Of a DNA stretch of 14,034 nucleotides, positions 1 through 8,038 are shown piece by piece; position 1 is the stretch's first letter; the number at the start of each line of letters is the position of its first letter. The translations under genes and the position numbers were made by a program. The notes under the pieces were generated by a model. The model searched no databases, was not told where the DNA came from, and saw nothing but the letters and a program-made list of their open reading frames with translations. This DNA comes from Candidatus Aenigmatarchaeota archaeon (GTDB taxonomy: Archaea > Aenigmatarchaeota > Aenigmatarchaeia > QMZP01), in the NCBI GenBank assembly GCA_039091855.1, contig JAWCLA010000004.1, positions 1 through 14,034 of the forward strand. Reading direction: 5' to 3'.

Positions 1-237
1 GACGGAGAAGTTCCTTCGGAACTTCCAATTGATTTCGCCTTGTGACTTGCATACAAATCAACAGTGACGGAGAAGGCAGTTACACTGCCTTCCAATTGCA
101 TTTCGCCTTGTGACAATTCACTTTGTTGTGGGTTAAGTATATTTGGAATGACGACTTGGTCATGTTGGTTAAGGCCGTCAAATTACTATTTGGTTAGCTT
201 CGTGACTTTACGGAGAAGCTGGCTTCGCCTCGTGACA
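1..237 (+). repeat. Modular hairpin/core intergenic repeat, locus 1 (probably continues past the left edge)
   Basis: Cores TTCGCCTTGTGAC at 34-46 and 102-114, variant TTCGCCTCGTGAC at 224-236 and degenerate TTAGCTTCGTGAC at 194-206. Hairpins GAAGTTCC-TTC-GGAACTTC (7-25) and GAAGGCAGT-TAC-ACTGCCTTC (72-92). 61-115 is the exact reverse complement of 7747-7801, and 162-196 of 7876-7910. Confidence 0.93.
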
Positions 238-273
238 GTTTTTGCTTTAACACTAATTAAAGCATTTAAGAAT

Positions 274-1536
274 TTATGTCCCTTCCTGCCAGCTTTCCAG
301 GTATTTTTTCTGCTCGGGTGTGAGGGTGTCTATCTTTATTCCCGCCGCCTCAAGGGCAAGCTCGGCGACCCTTCTGTCTATCTCCCTTGGCACGTTGTAA
401 ACCCTGTTTTCGAGTTTCCCCTTGTTCTCCTTCAGGTATTTCGCGCAAAGCGCCTGGTTTGAGAATGACATCTGCATAACCTCAACAGGATGCCCCTCGG
501 CGGCGGCAAGGTTCACGAGCCTTCCCTCACCGAGTAGGTAAACCTTCCTGCCGTTTTTGAGCTTGTACTCTTCCACGTTTGGCCTTACTGCAATTTTTCC
601 AGTGCTTAGCGATTCAAGATCCTTCAGGTTTATCTCCACGTTGAAGTGCCCGGAGTTAGCAAGTATTGCACCGGATTTCATTCTCCCAATGTGCTCCTTC
701 CTTATGAGGTCCTTGTCTCCGGAGGCTGTTACGAATATGTCCCCTATACTTGCGGCTTCCAACATAGTCATCACCCTGAAGCCGTCCATATATGCCTCCA
801 AAGCCTTCACAGGATCTACTTCTGTCACAATAACGTTTGCTCCCATTCCCTTTGCCCTTGCTGCTATGCCCTTTCCGCACCAGCCATAACCTCCGACAAC
901 GAAATTCTTTCCAGCAATGAGAATTGAGGTTGAGCGGACTATCCCGTCTATTGTTGACTGTCCTGTACCGTATCGGTTGTCAAAAAGGTGCTTTGTGTCA
1001 GCATCATTAACGGAAATCACGGGGTATTTCAGCGCGCCGTCCCTTTCCATTGAGCGGAACCTTATCACTCCTGTGGTGGTTTCCTCGGTACCCCCTATTA
1101 TTTTTGGTAAAAGTTCTTTCCTTTTTGAATGAATGGTTGTAACCAAGTCACCGCCGTCATCCATTGTTATGTCCGGCTTCATGTTCAGTACCTGCTCAAG
1201 GCACCAGTAATATTCCTTGTTGGAAAGCCCTCTCCAGGCGAAGACCTCTATCCCGTCTTCGGCAAGGGCGGCTGCTACATCATCCTGGGTGCTCAGGGGA
1301 TTCGAGCCACACAACCCCACAACAGCGCCGCCATCCCTGAGAGTCCGCATAAGAACTGCTGTCTCCTTTGTGACATGTAGGCAGGCCGCTATGGTAATCC
1401 CTTTTAATGGCTTTTCCCTCTTGAATTCCTCCCTTATTCTCATCAATACTGGCATGTGGTCCTCTGCCCACAAAATTTTCTTTCTCCCCTCTTCAGCAAG
1501 TTTGGGATCTTTAACCTTGCCCATAAAATCACTCAT
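274..1536 (-). CDS. ahcY: Adenosylhomocysteinase (S-adenosyl-L-homocysteine hydrolase)
   Basis: 420 aa with SAHase motifs [53 protein letters not shown]-binding GYGWCGKG and [13 protein letters not shown]. The start could alternatively be the ATG at 1524. Confidence 0.97.
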   Translation of the reverse strand: MSDFMGKVKDPKLAEEGRKKILWAEDHMPVLMRIREEFKREKPLKGITIAACLHVTKETAVLMRTLRDGGAVVGLCGSNPLSTQDDVAAALAEDGIEVFAWRGLSNKEYYWCLEQVLNMKPDITMDDGGDLVTTIHSKRKELLPKIIGGTEETTTGVIRFRSMERDGALKYPVISVNDADTKHLFDNRYGTGQSTIDGIVRSTSILIAGKNFVVGGYGWCGKGIAARAKGMGANVIVTEVDPVKALEAYMDGFRVMTMLEAASIGDIFVTASGDKDLIRKEHIGRMKSGAILANSGHFNVEINLKDLESLSTGKIAVRPNVEEYKLKNGRKVYLLGEGRLVNLAAAEGHPVEVMQMSFSNQALCAKYLKENKGKLENRVYNVPREIDRRVAELALEAAGIKIDTLTPEQKKYLESWQEGT

Positions 1537-1563
1537 TTATTACTTTGGAATATATATAAAAAC

Positions 1564-2565
1564 ATGCCCGAGGTTTTCAAGGCTTTGCTGAACCCTGATG
1601 CTTATCCAGAAAAACCTGAGAAAATAAACCTCATCCAGACCCACATATCTTGGATTTTCCTCACAGGAAAGTACGCATACAAGGTCAAGAAGCCTGTCAA
1701 CTTCGGCTTTCTGGATTTCTCAACCCTGCGAAAGAGGAAGCTCTATTGCGAAAGGGAGATTTACCTGAACCGAATGCTTAGCCCTGATGTCTATCTTGAT
1801 GTTGTACCGATAAGGGAAAGCGGAGGGAAGATAAAGATAGGCGGAAAGGGGAAAGTAGTTGAATATGCTGTAAAAATGCTTGAGCTCCCGCAGGACTCTC
1901 TAATGAGCAGGCTTCTCTCAAATGGAAAGCTCAAAAGGGAAAAGGTTGGCGAGCTGGCAAGGATAGTTGCGGATTTCCACAGAAAAACCGAATCAGGAAA
2001 ATGGATGGACAGATACGGAAAACCTGAAACTATAGCATTCAACTGGAAGGAGAACTTCATCCAGACAGAGAGCTTTTCAGGAAAGTTGGTTTCACCTCAG
2101 GATTTTGGTTTCCTGAAAGAAAGAATGAGGGTTTTCATTAAGGAGAATGAGGGAGTTTTCTCGAGGAGGATAAAGGAAGGCGTGATAAAGTGGTGCCACG
2201 GGGACTTGCACTCAGGCAACGTTTTCATCGGGGACAAAATACGGGTGTTCGATGCCATAGAGTTCAATCCGAGGATTGCCTGCTCCGATGTCGCGAGCGA
2301 TGTTGCCTTTATGGCAATGGACCTTGACTTTCACAAGAGGGAGGATTTTTCCCGGCATTTTTTGGAAAAATATTATGATTGCTCAGGAAGGGAGATTCCT
2401 TCAAACCTCATTGATTTCTACAAGTGCTACAGGTCATACGTCAGGTTCAAGGTTTTGGGAATCAAGTCCTTCGACCAGAATGTCCCAATGAAAGAAAGGA
2501 AAATGGCGGAAGGTCTTGCCAAGAATTATTTCTCGCTTGCATTGGAATATGCAAAGAGGTTGTAG
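1564..2565 (+). CDS. Aminoglycoside-phosphotransferase/kinase-fold protein (COG2187-like, N-terminal half of Rv2004c-type proteins)
   Basis: Motifs QTHISWIFL, AYKVKKPVNFGFLDFSTL, HGDLHSGN, FDAIEFN and DVASDVAFMAMDL. Start moved to ATG 1564 (333 aa) because the ORF-track start overlaps ahcY. Confidence 0.88.
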   Translation: MPEVFKALLNPDAYPEKPEKINLIQTHISWIFLTGKYAYKVKKPVNFGFLDFSTLRKRKLYCEREIYLNRMLSPDVYLDVVPIRESGGKIKIGGKGKVVEYAVKMLELPQDSLMSRLLSNGKLKREKVGELARIVADFHRKTESGKWMDRYGKPETIAFNWKENFIQTESFSGKLVSPQDFGFLKERMRVFIKENEGVFSRRIKEGVIKWCHGDLHSGNVFIGDKIRVFDAIEFNPRIACSDVASDVAFMAMDLDFHKREDFSRHFLEKYYDCSGREIPSNLIDFYKCYRSYVRFKVLGIKSFDQNVPMKERKMAEGLAKNYFSLALEYAKRL

Positions 2566-3056
2566 GTTCTGGATAAGTTTTTTATCTCCCTTCTAACCTC
2601 TGCCTTGCCTTTGCCCGTGTTTATTGTTATGTGCCTTTCGGTTATTTTCTCGTAATACTCCTTAACCTTTTTATAAACAGCAACATCAGCCTCGCTTGCG
2701 TCACCTTTCCTTTTTTTCAGCCTCTTCAATACCAAACTCTCCGGGCACACACACTCTATCAGGAGCAGTTGCGTCCCATTTTCCGAGGCAAGCCTTTTCG
2801 CTGCCTCCCTGTAACCTCTTTTGTAGAAAGTGGCATCAAGCACGCAATTTTTGTTAATAGAGAGGAATTTGCCAGCTTCCGAAAGAAGCGAATCATAAAT
2901 GAGCTTTTTCTCCTCTTCGGTGTAGTTGGGTTTTTTGAGCAGGTTTTTCCTCACAACATCTGTACGCAGCAAAGCCGTTTTTGGAAGGTTTTTAGCTATC
3001 TCCTTCGCTACAAAACTCTTTCCTGTTCCCGGAAGACCGCAAACCAAAATCAGCAT
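2526..3056 (-). CDS. Predicted P-loop kinase (AAA_33 / COG0645-like)
   Basis: 176 aa. Walker A GLPGTGKS at the N-terminus, then RTDVVRK, VLDATF and RxxxRxxDASEAD motifs. Confidence 0.9.
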   Translation of the reverse strand: MLILVCGLPGTGKSFVAKEIAKNLPKTALLRTDVVRKNLLKKPNYTEEEKKLIYDSLLSEAGKFLSINKNCVLDATFYKRGYREAAKRLASENGTQLLLIECVCPESLVLKRLKKRKGDASEADVAVYKKVKEYYEKITERHITINTGKGKAEVRREIKNLSRTYNLFAYSNASEK

Positions 3057-3083
3057 AATATTTTTATGTAAATATAAAATAAG

Positions 3084-3497
3084 CTATTTTCCCTTAATGG
3101 ACTTTGCAATACCGTCAAGGAACTTCTGGCCCTTTGGGGTTATCACCCTCCCTTTTCCTTTCTCCGTCTTGACGAAGCCTGCCTTTTCGTGCTGCTGGAG
3201 AATTTCCCTTATTATTGCTCCCGAAGCCCTGTACTTGTGCTCTGGCTTGTGTCCCCTGTTCTTCCTGCCGCCGTAAATCTTCCTGAGCTTCGAAACGCCG
3301 AGAGGCTGCAAGTATATTTTCCTGAGGACAGAGGCTGACCTTATCCACCACCAGTTTGCCTGCGATGGGGGCCTCTCCTTGTGGACGCCTGTCTTCACGA
3401 AATAAGCCCATTCAGGAGGCTTGAACTCAGGCATCTTCTCGAGAGCCTCAGCTGCCTTAACTATAAGCTGCTGGGCATCGACATCTCTTACTGGCAT
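3084..3497 (-). CDS. rps19e: 30S ribosomal protein S19e
   Basis: Motifs PPEWAYFVKTGVHKERPP, WWWIRSASVLRK, YGGRKNRG, ASGAIIREILQQ and GRVITPKGQKFLD. Start at ATG 3497 (137 aa), with SD-like AGTGAT and TTTATATA (3533-3526) upstream. Confidence 0.97.
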   Translation of the reverse strand: MPVRDVDAQQLIVKAAEALEKMPEFKPPEWAYFVKTGVHKERPPSQANWWWIRSASVLRKIYLQPLGVSKLRKIYGGRKNRGHKPEHKYRASGAIIREILQQHEKAGFVKTEKGKGRVITPKGQKFLDGIAKSIKGK

Positions 3498-3741
3498 ATG
3501 AATCACTAATATCTCTGTAAGTGGATATATAAATCTTTGTTTTCCTGGTCGCATAACCTGACCCTTAAAAACCCAGAAAATGTGAGAATTGCATCCTTAA
3601 ATGCCTGTTTTACCTAAAATTTCTAAAAATCCTTTAATTAATTATTTTTTATTTTAAAGACCTGAAAATAATTTTGGAACATTTTAAATAATTTAAAGAG
3701 TTTTTTATAATACATAGAAAATTTTCAAAAACAAGAAAATA

Positions 3742-3859
3742 GCGAAAAGAAACCGTTTCGCATTTAAAATATATACCAGTTAGCCTGAATTATATTAAGG
3801 CGCTTCTGAATCAGCGGCTTCGGCTGCTGTGAAAGAGGCAATGTTCAAAAACAGGAGGG
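3742..3859 (+). promoter_or_regulatory. S-layer gene promoter and 5' UTR elements
   Basis: Inverted repeat GCGAAA-N8-TTTCGC (3742-3761) next to TATA-like TTTAAAATATATA (3763-3775). Hairpin CAGCGGC-TTCG-GCTGCTG (3812-3829). SD GGAGGGA (3853-3859). Confidence 0.5.
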
Positions 3860-3865
3860 AAATGA

Positions 3866-6370
3866 ATGAAAGTAAGAAAGGTATTGGCCGGAGGTTTGGC
3901 GGCGGCAGCGGCAGGAGCCACCTTGGCTTTTGGCGCATTGGCAGCCAGCGCGAATCTCGGGGCATACGTTAAGGTATCGGACAGCACCCTCTCCTCGCCG
4001 ATAATCGTTGTTGGAACACAGACAGCAAACATAGCAAGCGAATATCCCAACGACATACTCGGCGCGGCTGACATAGCAGCGGCAGTTGCAGGATACGCAA
4101 CAACGCCAGTGACAGTGGGAGGCGGAGTTTCGGTTTCGGTTTCTGACGGAGTTGACCTCTCAACAGCGAGCACAAAGATATACCTTGGAGATGACCTTAC
4201 AAAGTCCGGACTCAAGACAACACTAACGAACGCAAACCTGCCGTCTCTTCTTGCACAGGGAACGTTCCTTGACGCAGCAGGAACGTCATACACATACAAC
4301 CAATACATAAACTTCGGTGCAGGAACGGTTGAGTTCGGAACAAGCAACGGTGACCTTGCGGATCCCGTATTGTACGTCAACACAGGAACAAGCACGGCAA
4401 ACCCGCTTTTCACAATGTCCGTGGTGTTCAACAAGCTGCTTAACGTGTCAAACAACGATGTCAGGGGACAGACAATAACCCTCTTCGGAAAGACCTATTC
4501 CATAGGAAGCACAAGCGAGTTCAGTTCATCAACACAGAAGCTTGTACTCTTTGGAGGTGGAGGAGCGAGCCAGACCATATCAGAGGGACAGGAAGCTGAC
4601 ATGACAGTTGGAGGAGTTTCGCACAAGGTGAAGGTAATCGGCGTTTCCAGCTCAACGCAAGCTGTCATATCAGTTGACGGCACATCAAAGGAAGTTACAG
4701 AAGGCAACACCTACACAATAGCAGGAGTTGACGTTTTCGTCGAGTCTGTCTATTATTTCGGAAAGGAAACACAGATAAGCCAAGTGAAGCTCAGCTTAGG
4801 TGCATCAAAGATTACATTGGAAAACGGTGCAGCTGTCAAGGTAGGACAGACAGAGGACACCATTGACGGGACACTTGTCACACTGACAGGAACGGCAGAC
4901 CAGGGAATATCAAAGATAGACATTGCAGTAACGGCAAAAGACACGAGCGAGGACTCCATACAAGAAGGTGCAGCTTTCACTGACCCCGTGTTCGGAGCAG
5001 TGAAGGTCGCTTTCGGCGGGCTCAACAAGGGAGTAACAGACACCATAACAATAGATAACTCAGGGACAACAGCAGCCAACCTGAAGTTCACGGATTACAG
5101 AGGAAACGAGAAGACAATAATCTGGGCATACTCAGGTTCGTCTTCCTTCAATCCACAGCTCAATGACACAGCTACAAGAGCTTATCGCGTGATTGAGGGA
5201 GAGACAGTAAACAAGGGAGATTACGTTTTGATGGCGCCTTCGCAGGAGTCGGAGTTCGGGCACATCTTCCAGTACACCACTGCAAGTGGTTTAACCAGTA
5301 CAAGCGGCGCTTACATAGAATTGAAGGATGTGTTCTCAGGAGACACGGTAAGAGTTTATCTTACGGACTCCAGCGGTACCAAAACAGCGACATTCTACGT
5401 TGACGGACAGCAATACTATGTTAAGAACGCCTCAGATACCACCTACCAGAAGATGATGTTCACTTGGGGCTCTGGAGCGAGCGCAGGAAACACAGGAAAT
5501 GCCATTACAGCATTCCCACTAATAAAGGCAAAGGGTGGGGAATATGTTACATTAGTGAAGTCAGCAACATTTACCAATGGAACTTACCAGCTTCCAGGAG
5601 ACACGAACAACCACCTGATTGGTGGATATAATACAACCGAAGCAGCAGGCAGGATAACATACACATTTTCAGGTGCCAACCCAACTGTGCTTATAGGAAT
5701 AAATGGAGTGAACCTTTCAGCGGCACCGGCAGTCCTGATATACGAGGAGAAAGGAAAGAACGCAGCAGGTTCTGAGGTTCAGGATGCCGTGATAGTGACA
5801 GTGGCTGACGGAAGCGGTTCGGGAGTTGACATGACAATATCTGCACCGACGCTGACAGCAGCAACTACATACAGCGGAACGCAGCAGACAGACAACTCGG
5901 TCACCGAGTATTACGACAGGTACGGTGTCCACGTCAAGTATGACACTGACGGGCAGGGTCTTGTAGTTATAACATACCCTGACGAGCAGGCAACTGCAAT
6001 GGTTGCGGCAGGAAGCGATCCGAAGTTCTCCACATCAGGAACAGGAGGGACTTACGATGCGGCCGTGAAGATAAAGAACCCGGTCGCAAAGTTTGACACA
6101 GAGGTCAGCACAACAGGCCTCACGTCAGACCTCATCCTGATAGGAGGACCGTGCGCCAACAGCTTGGTTTCAACGCTGCTTGCCACAGAGAGCACGACCT
6201 GCAGCACGGATGCGAACGGATTCATAAACAAGTACCCGAACGGAATGATAAAGGAGTTCGAGAACGCTTTCGGCTCGGGCAGGAAGGCTCTTGTGGTTGC
6301 AGGAGTTAACGGCGCTCAGACAAGGTCGCTCGCAGCCAAGGTAATGCAGGGAACACTGTCCTGGCAGTAA
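3866..6370 (+). CDS. S-layer protein (Methanococcus/Thermococcus S_layer_N/S_layer_C type)
   Basis: 834 aa, Thr/Ser/Gly-rich. Signal peptide MKVRKVLAGGLAAAAAGATLAFGALA, N-terminal IIVVG...DILGAADIAAAVA and C-terminal DLILIGGPCAN...ALVVAG motifs. Strong SD and terminator. Confidence 0.88.
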   Translation: MKVRKVLAGGLAAAAAGATLAFGALAASANLGAYVKVSDSTLSSPIIVVGTQTANIASEYPNDILGAADIAAAVAGYATTPVTVGGGVSVSVSDGVDLSTASTKIYLGDDLTKSGLKTTLTNANLPSLLAQGTFLDAAGTSYTYNQYINFGAGTVEFGTSNGDLADPVLYVNTGTSTANPLFTMSVVFNKLLNVSNNDVRGQTITLFGKTYSIGSTSEFSSSTQKLVLFGGGGASQTISEGQEADMTVGGVSHKVKVIGVSSSTQAVISVDGTSKEVTEGNTYTIAGVDVFVESVYYFGKETQISQVKLSLGASKITLENGAAVKVGQTEDTIDGTLVTLTGTADQGISKIDIAVTAKDTSEDSIQEGAAFTDPVFGAVKVAFGGLNKGVTDTITIDNSGTTAANLKFTDYRGNEKTIIWAYSGSSSFNPQLNDTATRAYRVIEGETVNKGDYVLMAPSQESEFGHIFQYTTASGLTSTSGAYIELKDVFSGDTVRVYLTDSSGTKTATFYVDGQQYYVKNASDTTYQKMMFTWGSGASAGNTGNAITAFPLIKAKGGEYVTLVKSATFTNGTYQLPGDTNNHLIGGYNTTEAAGRITYTFSGANPTVLIGINGVNLSAAPAVLIYEEKGKNAAGSEVQDAVIVTVADGSGSGVDMTISAPTLTAATTYSGTQQTDNSVTEYYDRYGVHVKYDTDGQGLVVITYPDEQATAMVAAGSDPKFSTSGTGGTYDAAVKIKNPVAKFDTEVSTTGLTSDLILIGGPCANSLVSTLLATESTTCSTDANGFINKYPNGMIKEFENAFGSGRKALVVAGVNGAQTRSLAAKVMQGTLSWQ

Positions 6371-6386
6371 AAAATTCATTGATTAA

Positions 6387-6423
6387 AAAGGGCTTTAAGC
6401 CCTTTCCCTTTTTCTTATTTTTA
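6387..6423 (+). terminator. Stem-loop plus pyrimidine/T tract after the S-layer gene
   Basis: AAAGGGCT-TTA-AGCCCTTT (6387-6405) followed by CCCTTTTTCTTATTTTT. Confidence 0.7.
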
Positions 6424-6489
6424 TTCCTAAATTGTTGCTAAAGTCAGCCGTCCTTTGTTTCTTGTATGGATTTTAAGAGATGAAAACTA

Positions 6490-6561
6490 TGCGCGAAAGT
6501 GCGCGAATTTTGCGCGAATCCACGAAGGAGAGTGCGCGATTGTGCGCGAATGCTGCGCGAA
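6490..6561 (+). repeat. Helically phased TGCGCGAA direct-repeat array
   Basis: Copies start at 6490, 6500, 6511, 6533 (TGCGCGAT), 6543 and 6554, giving spacings of 10, 11, 22, 10 and 11. A further TGCGCTAA lies at 6591. The array sits between convergent genes. Confidence 0.85.
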
Positions 6562-6594
6562 AGTTTTCTGGTTTCAAAAATCGAAACCAATGCG

Positions 6595-7665
6595 CTAAAA
6601 CGGCCTGCTGTCCCTCCTGAGCCTCATTATGCTCGGAAGGTTTCCCGCATAGGCAACTATCTGGGAATAGAAGTTCTCAATCTCCGCTTCGGAAAGCTTT
6701 GCCACGTTGTCAGCCTCTATTATTGGAGCCGGGATGCCGTATGCTGAGTGGTGTCCTGATATTGAAAGCAGGATTGAAGATATTTCGTCCTCTATCCCTT
6801 CCCTGTCCCTTATGTAGTCAATCCTTACAGGCCTGTCCCATTCCGCGGTCTTCAGGTAGAAGCTGCTCATCCTGAGGGAATATCTCTCGTCAAAATCCCT
6901 GAGGACAGGATGGTCTTTGGGCTCGTCCGAGTAGGGGAAAGACATCGTCCTCTCGCCTTTTTTAAGCGCCCAGAAAAGCAGGTTCGAGTCCCTTGTTTTG
7001 CAAAGAAGGTCTGCCGCATTTTCTAAGTCGCTTCCAGCCAAAAGGGATGCTATCTCCTTTCTTGCTATGTCGCAAAACCTCATCCCCCTCGAGTCCTCTA
7101 TTATTCCTGCTATGATTGTGTCAGATGAAACGCAGCACTCGTAAAGGCGATGATAGTCCTCAACCATTTTCTTGTATATGGGATATGCCGGAGAAAGCCT
7201 CGATGGCTTGTCGGAGTGGTGTGGAACGATTGAGCCGTCCATAAGGATAAGGTTTGGCCTGAATTTTTCCATACATTTGATTGCTGTCCCGACCTCTGAA
7301 CTCTGCCTGATTACAGATGAGTAGTAAGCCCAGTCGAGGTCGCTCATAGTGTCTGCAACCTCTGCCTCAACAGGCGGTATTTTTGACGGGAAATAATCAA
7401 CCGACTTTATCCTTCCATTTGCATAATGGAAGCAAACTCCTGCAGACCTAACAAGCAGGCAGTCCATCCCGTGAAGGGACTTCTTGGCAATGCCGCCGTC
7501 TACCCCGACAATTTTTATGTCTTTGAGGTGCGTTTTTTCAATCCTGTGAAAAAACCCTGCCTTCGGTGAGGCGGCCCTCAAAAGCTCGGCTAATGACTTT
7601 CTCCTGCTCTCGTTTTCCGCAATCCTTTTTGCTATCTCCCTTATCTTCGGAATAAGCCTGTCCAT
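6595..7665 (-). CDS. nurA: DNA double-strand break repair nuclease NurA
   Basis: 356 aa. Catalytic motifs IVGVDGG and LILMDGSI, plus GIIEDSR, PVRIDY and C-terminal YGIPAPIIEADNVAKL. Confidence 0.88.
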   Translation of the reverse strand: MDRLIPKIREIAKRIAENESRRKSLAELLRAASPKAGFFHRIEKTHLKDIKIVGVDGGIAKKSLHGMDCLLVRSAGVCFHYANGRIKSVDYFPSKIPPVEAEVADTMSDLDWAYYSSVIRQSSEVGTAIKCMEKFRPNLILMDGSIVPHHSDKPSRLSPAYPIYKKMVEDYHRLYECCVSSDTIIAGIIEDSRGMRFCDIARKEIASLLAGSDLENAADLLCKTRDSNLLFWALKKGERTMSFPYSDEPKDHPVLRDFDERYSLRMSSFYLKTAEWDRPVRIDYIRDREGIEDEISSILLSISGHHSAYGIPAPIIEADNVAKLSEAEIENFYSQIVAYAGNLPSIMRLRRDSRPF

Positions 7666-7729
7666 TCTCCCTTATTATATTTGAGTTTCAAAACTTAAAG
7701 CCATTTTGTAGATTATGAATTGTTTCAAT

Positions 7730-7948
7730 TCGTCTTTCCAAAAATCTGTCACAAGGCGAAATGCAATTGGAAGGCAGTGTAACTGCCTTCTCCGTCACTG
7801 TCACATTGTATGCAAGTCACAAGGCGAAATTAATTGGAAGTTGGCGAAGCCAGCTTCTCCGTCAAGTCGCAAGGGTAACCAAATAGTAATTTGACGGCCT
7901 TAACCAACATAACAAAGTCGTCTTTCCAAAAATCTGTCACAAGGCGAA
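7730..7948 (-). repeat. Modular hairpin/core intergenic repeat, locus 2 (inverted relative to locus 1)
   Basis: GTCACAAGGCGAA at 7748-7760, 7816-7828 and 7936-7948, with degenerate GTCGCAAGGGTAA at 7866-7878. Hairpins at 7770-7790 and 7837-7857. Bounded by an exact 31-bp direct repeat (7730-7760, 7918-7948). Confidence 0.93.
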
Positions 7949-8038
7949 GTTTCCGAATTGTTCCAAACGATATGAAGAGACGCTGTCAATTTTGTGAAAC
8001 AATTCAAGCTTTTAAAGACTTTTGTGGAATTATTTAAT

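Noticed and set aside
1-237. Repeat loci as CRISPR arrays
   Set aside because: The core is only 13 bp, spacing is irregular, intervening sequences are reused between loci rather than unique, and no cas genes are present.
64-462. 132-aa ORF on +
   Set aside because: It runs through the repeat and antisense into ahcY, with no protein-like features.
1456-1563. ORF-track N-terminal extensions (also 3498-3554, 9044-9070, 9467-9544, 11008-11124)
   Set aside because: They overlap neighbouring genes, promoters or repeats. Downstream ATGs fit the family N-termini and the SD/TATA positions better.
3560-3780. AT-rich tract as a replication origin
   Set aside because: No recognisable ORB elements or cdc6/orc1 gene are nearby. 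Divergent rps19e and S-layer promoters explain it adequately.
3811-6379. Minus-strand ORFs within the S-layer gene, and similar shadow ORFs within other genes
   Set aside because: They are antisense shadows of well-supported genes caused by codon bias.
6499-6747. 82-aa ORF over the TGCGCGAA array
   Set aside because: Most of it is antisense to nurA, and the 10-11 bp repeat period is not codon-phased.
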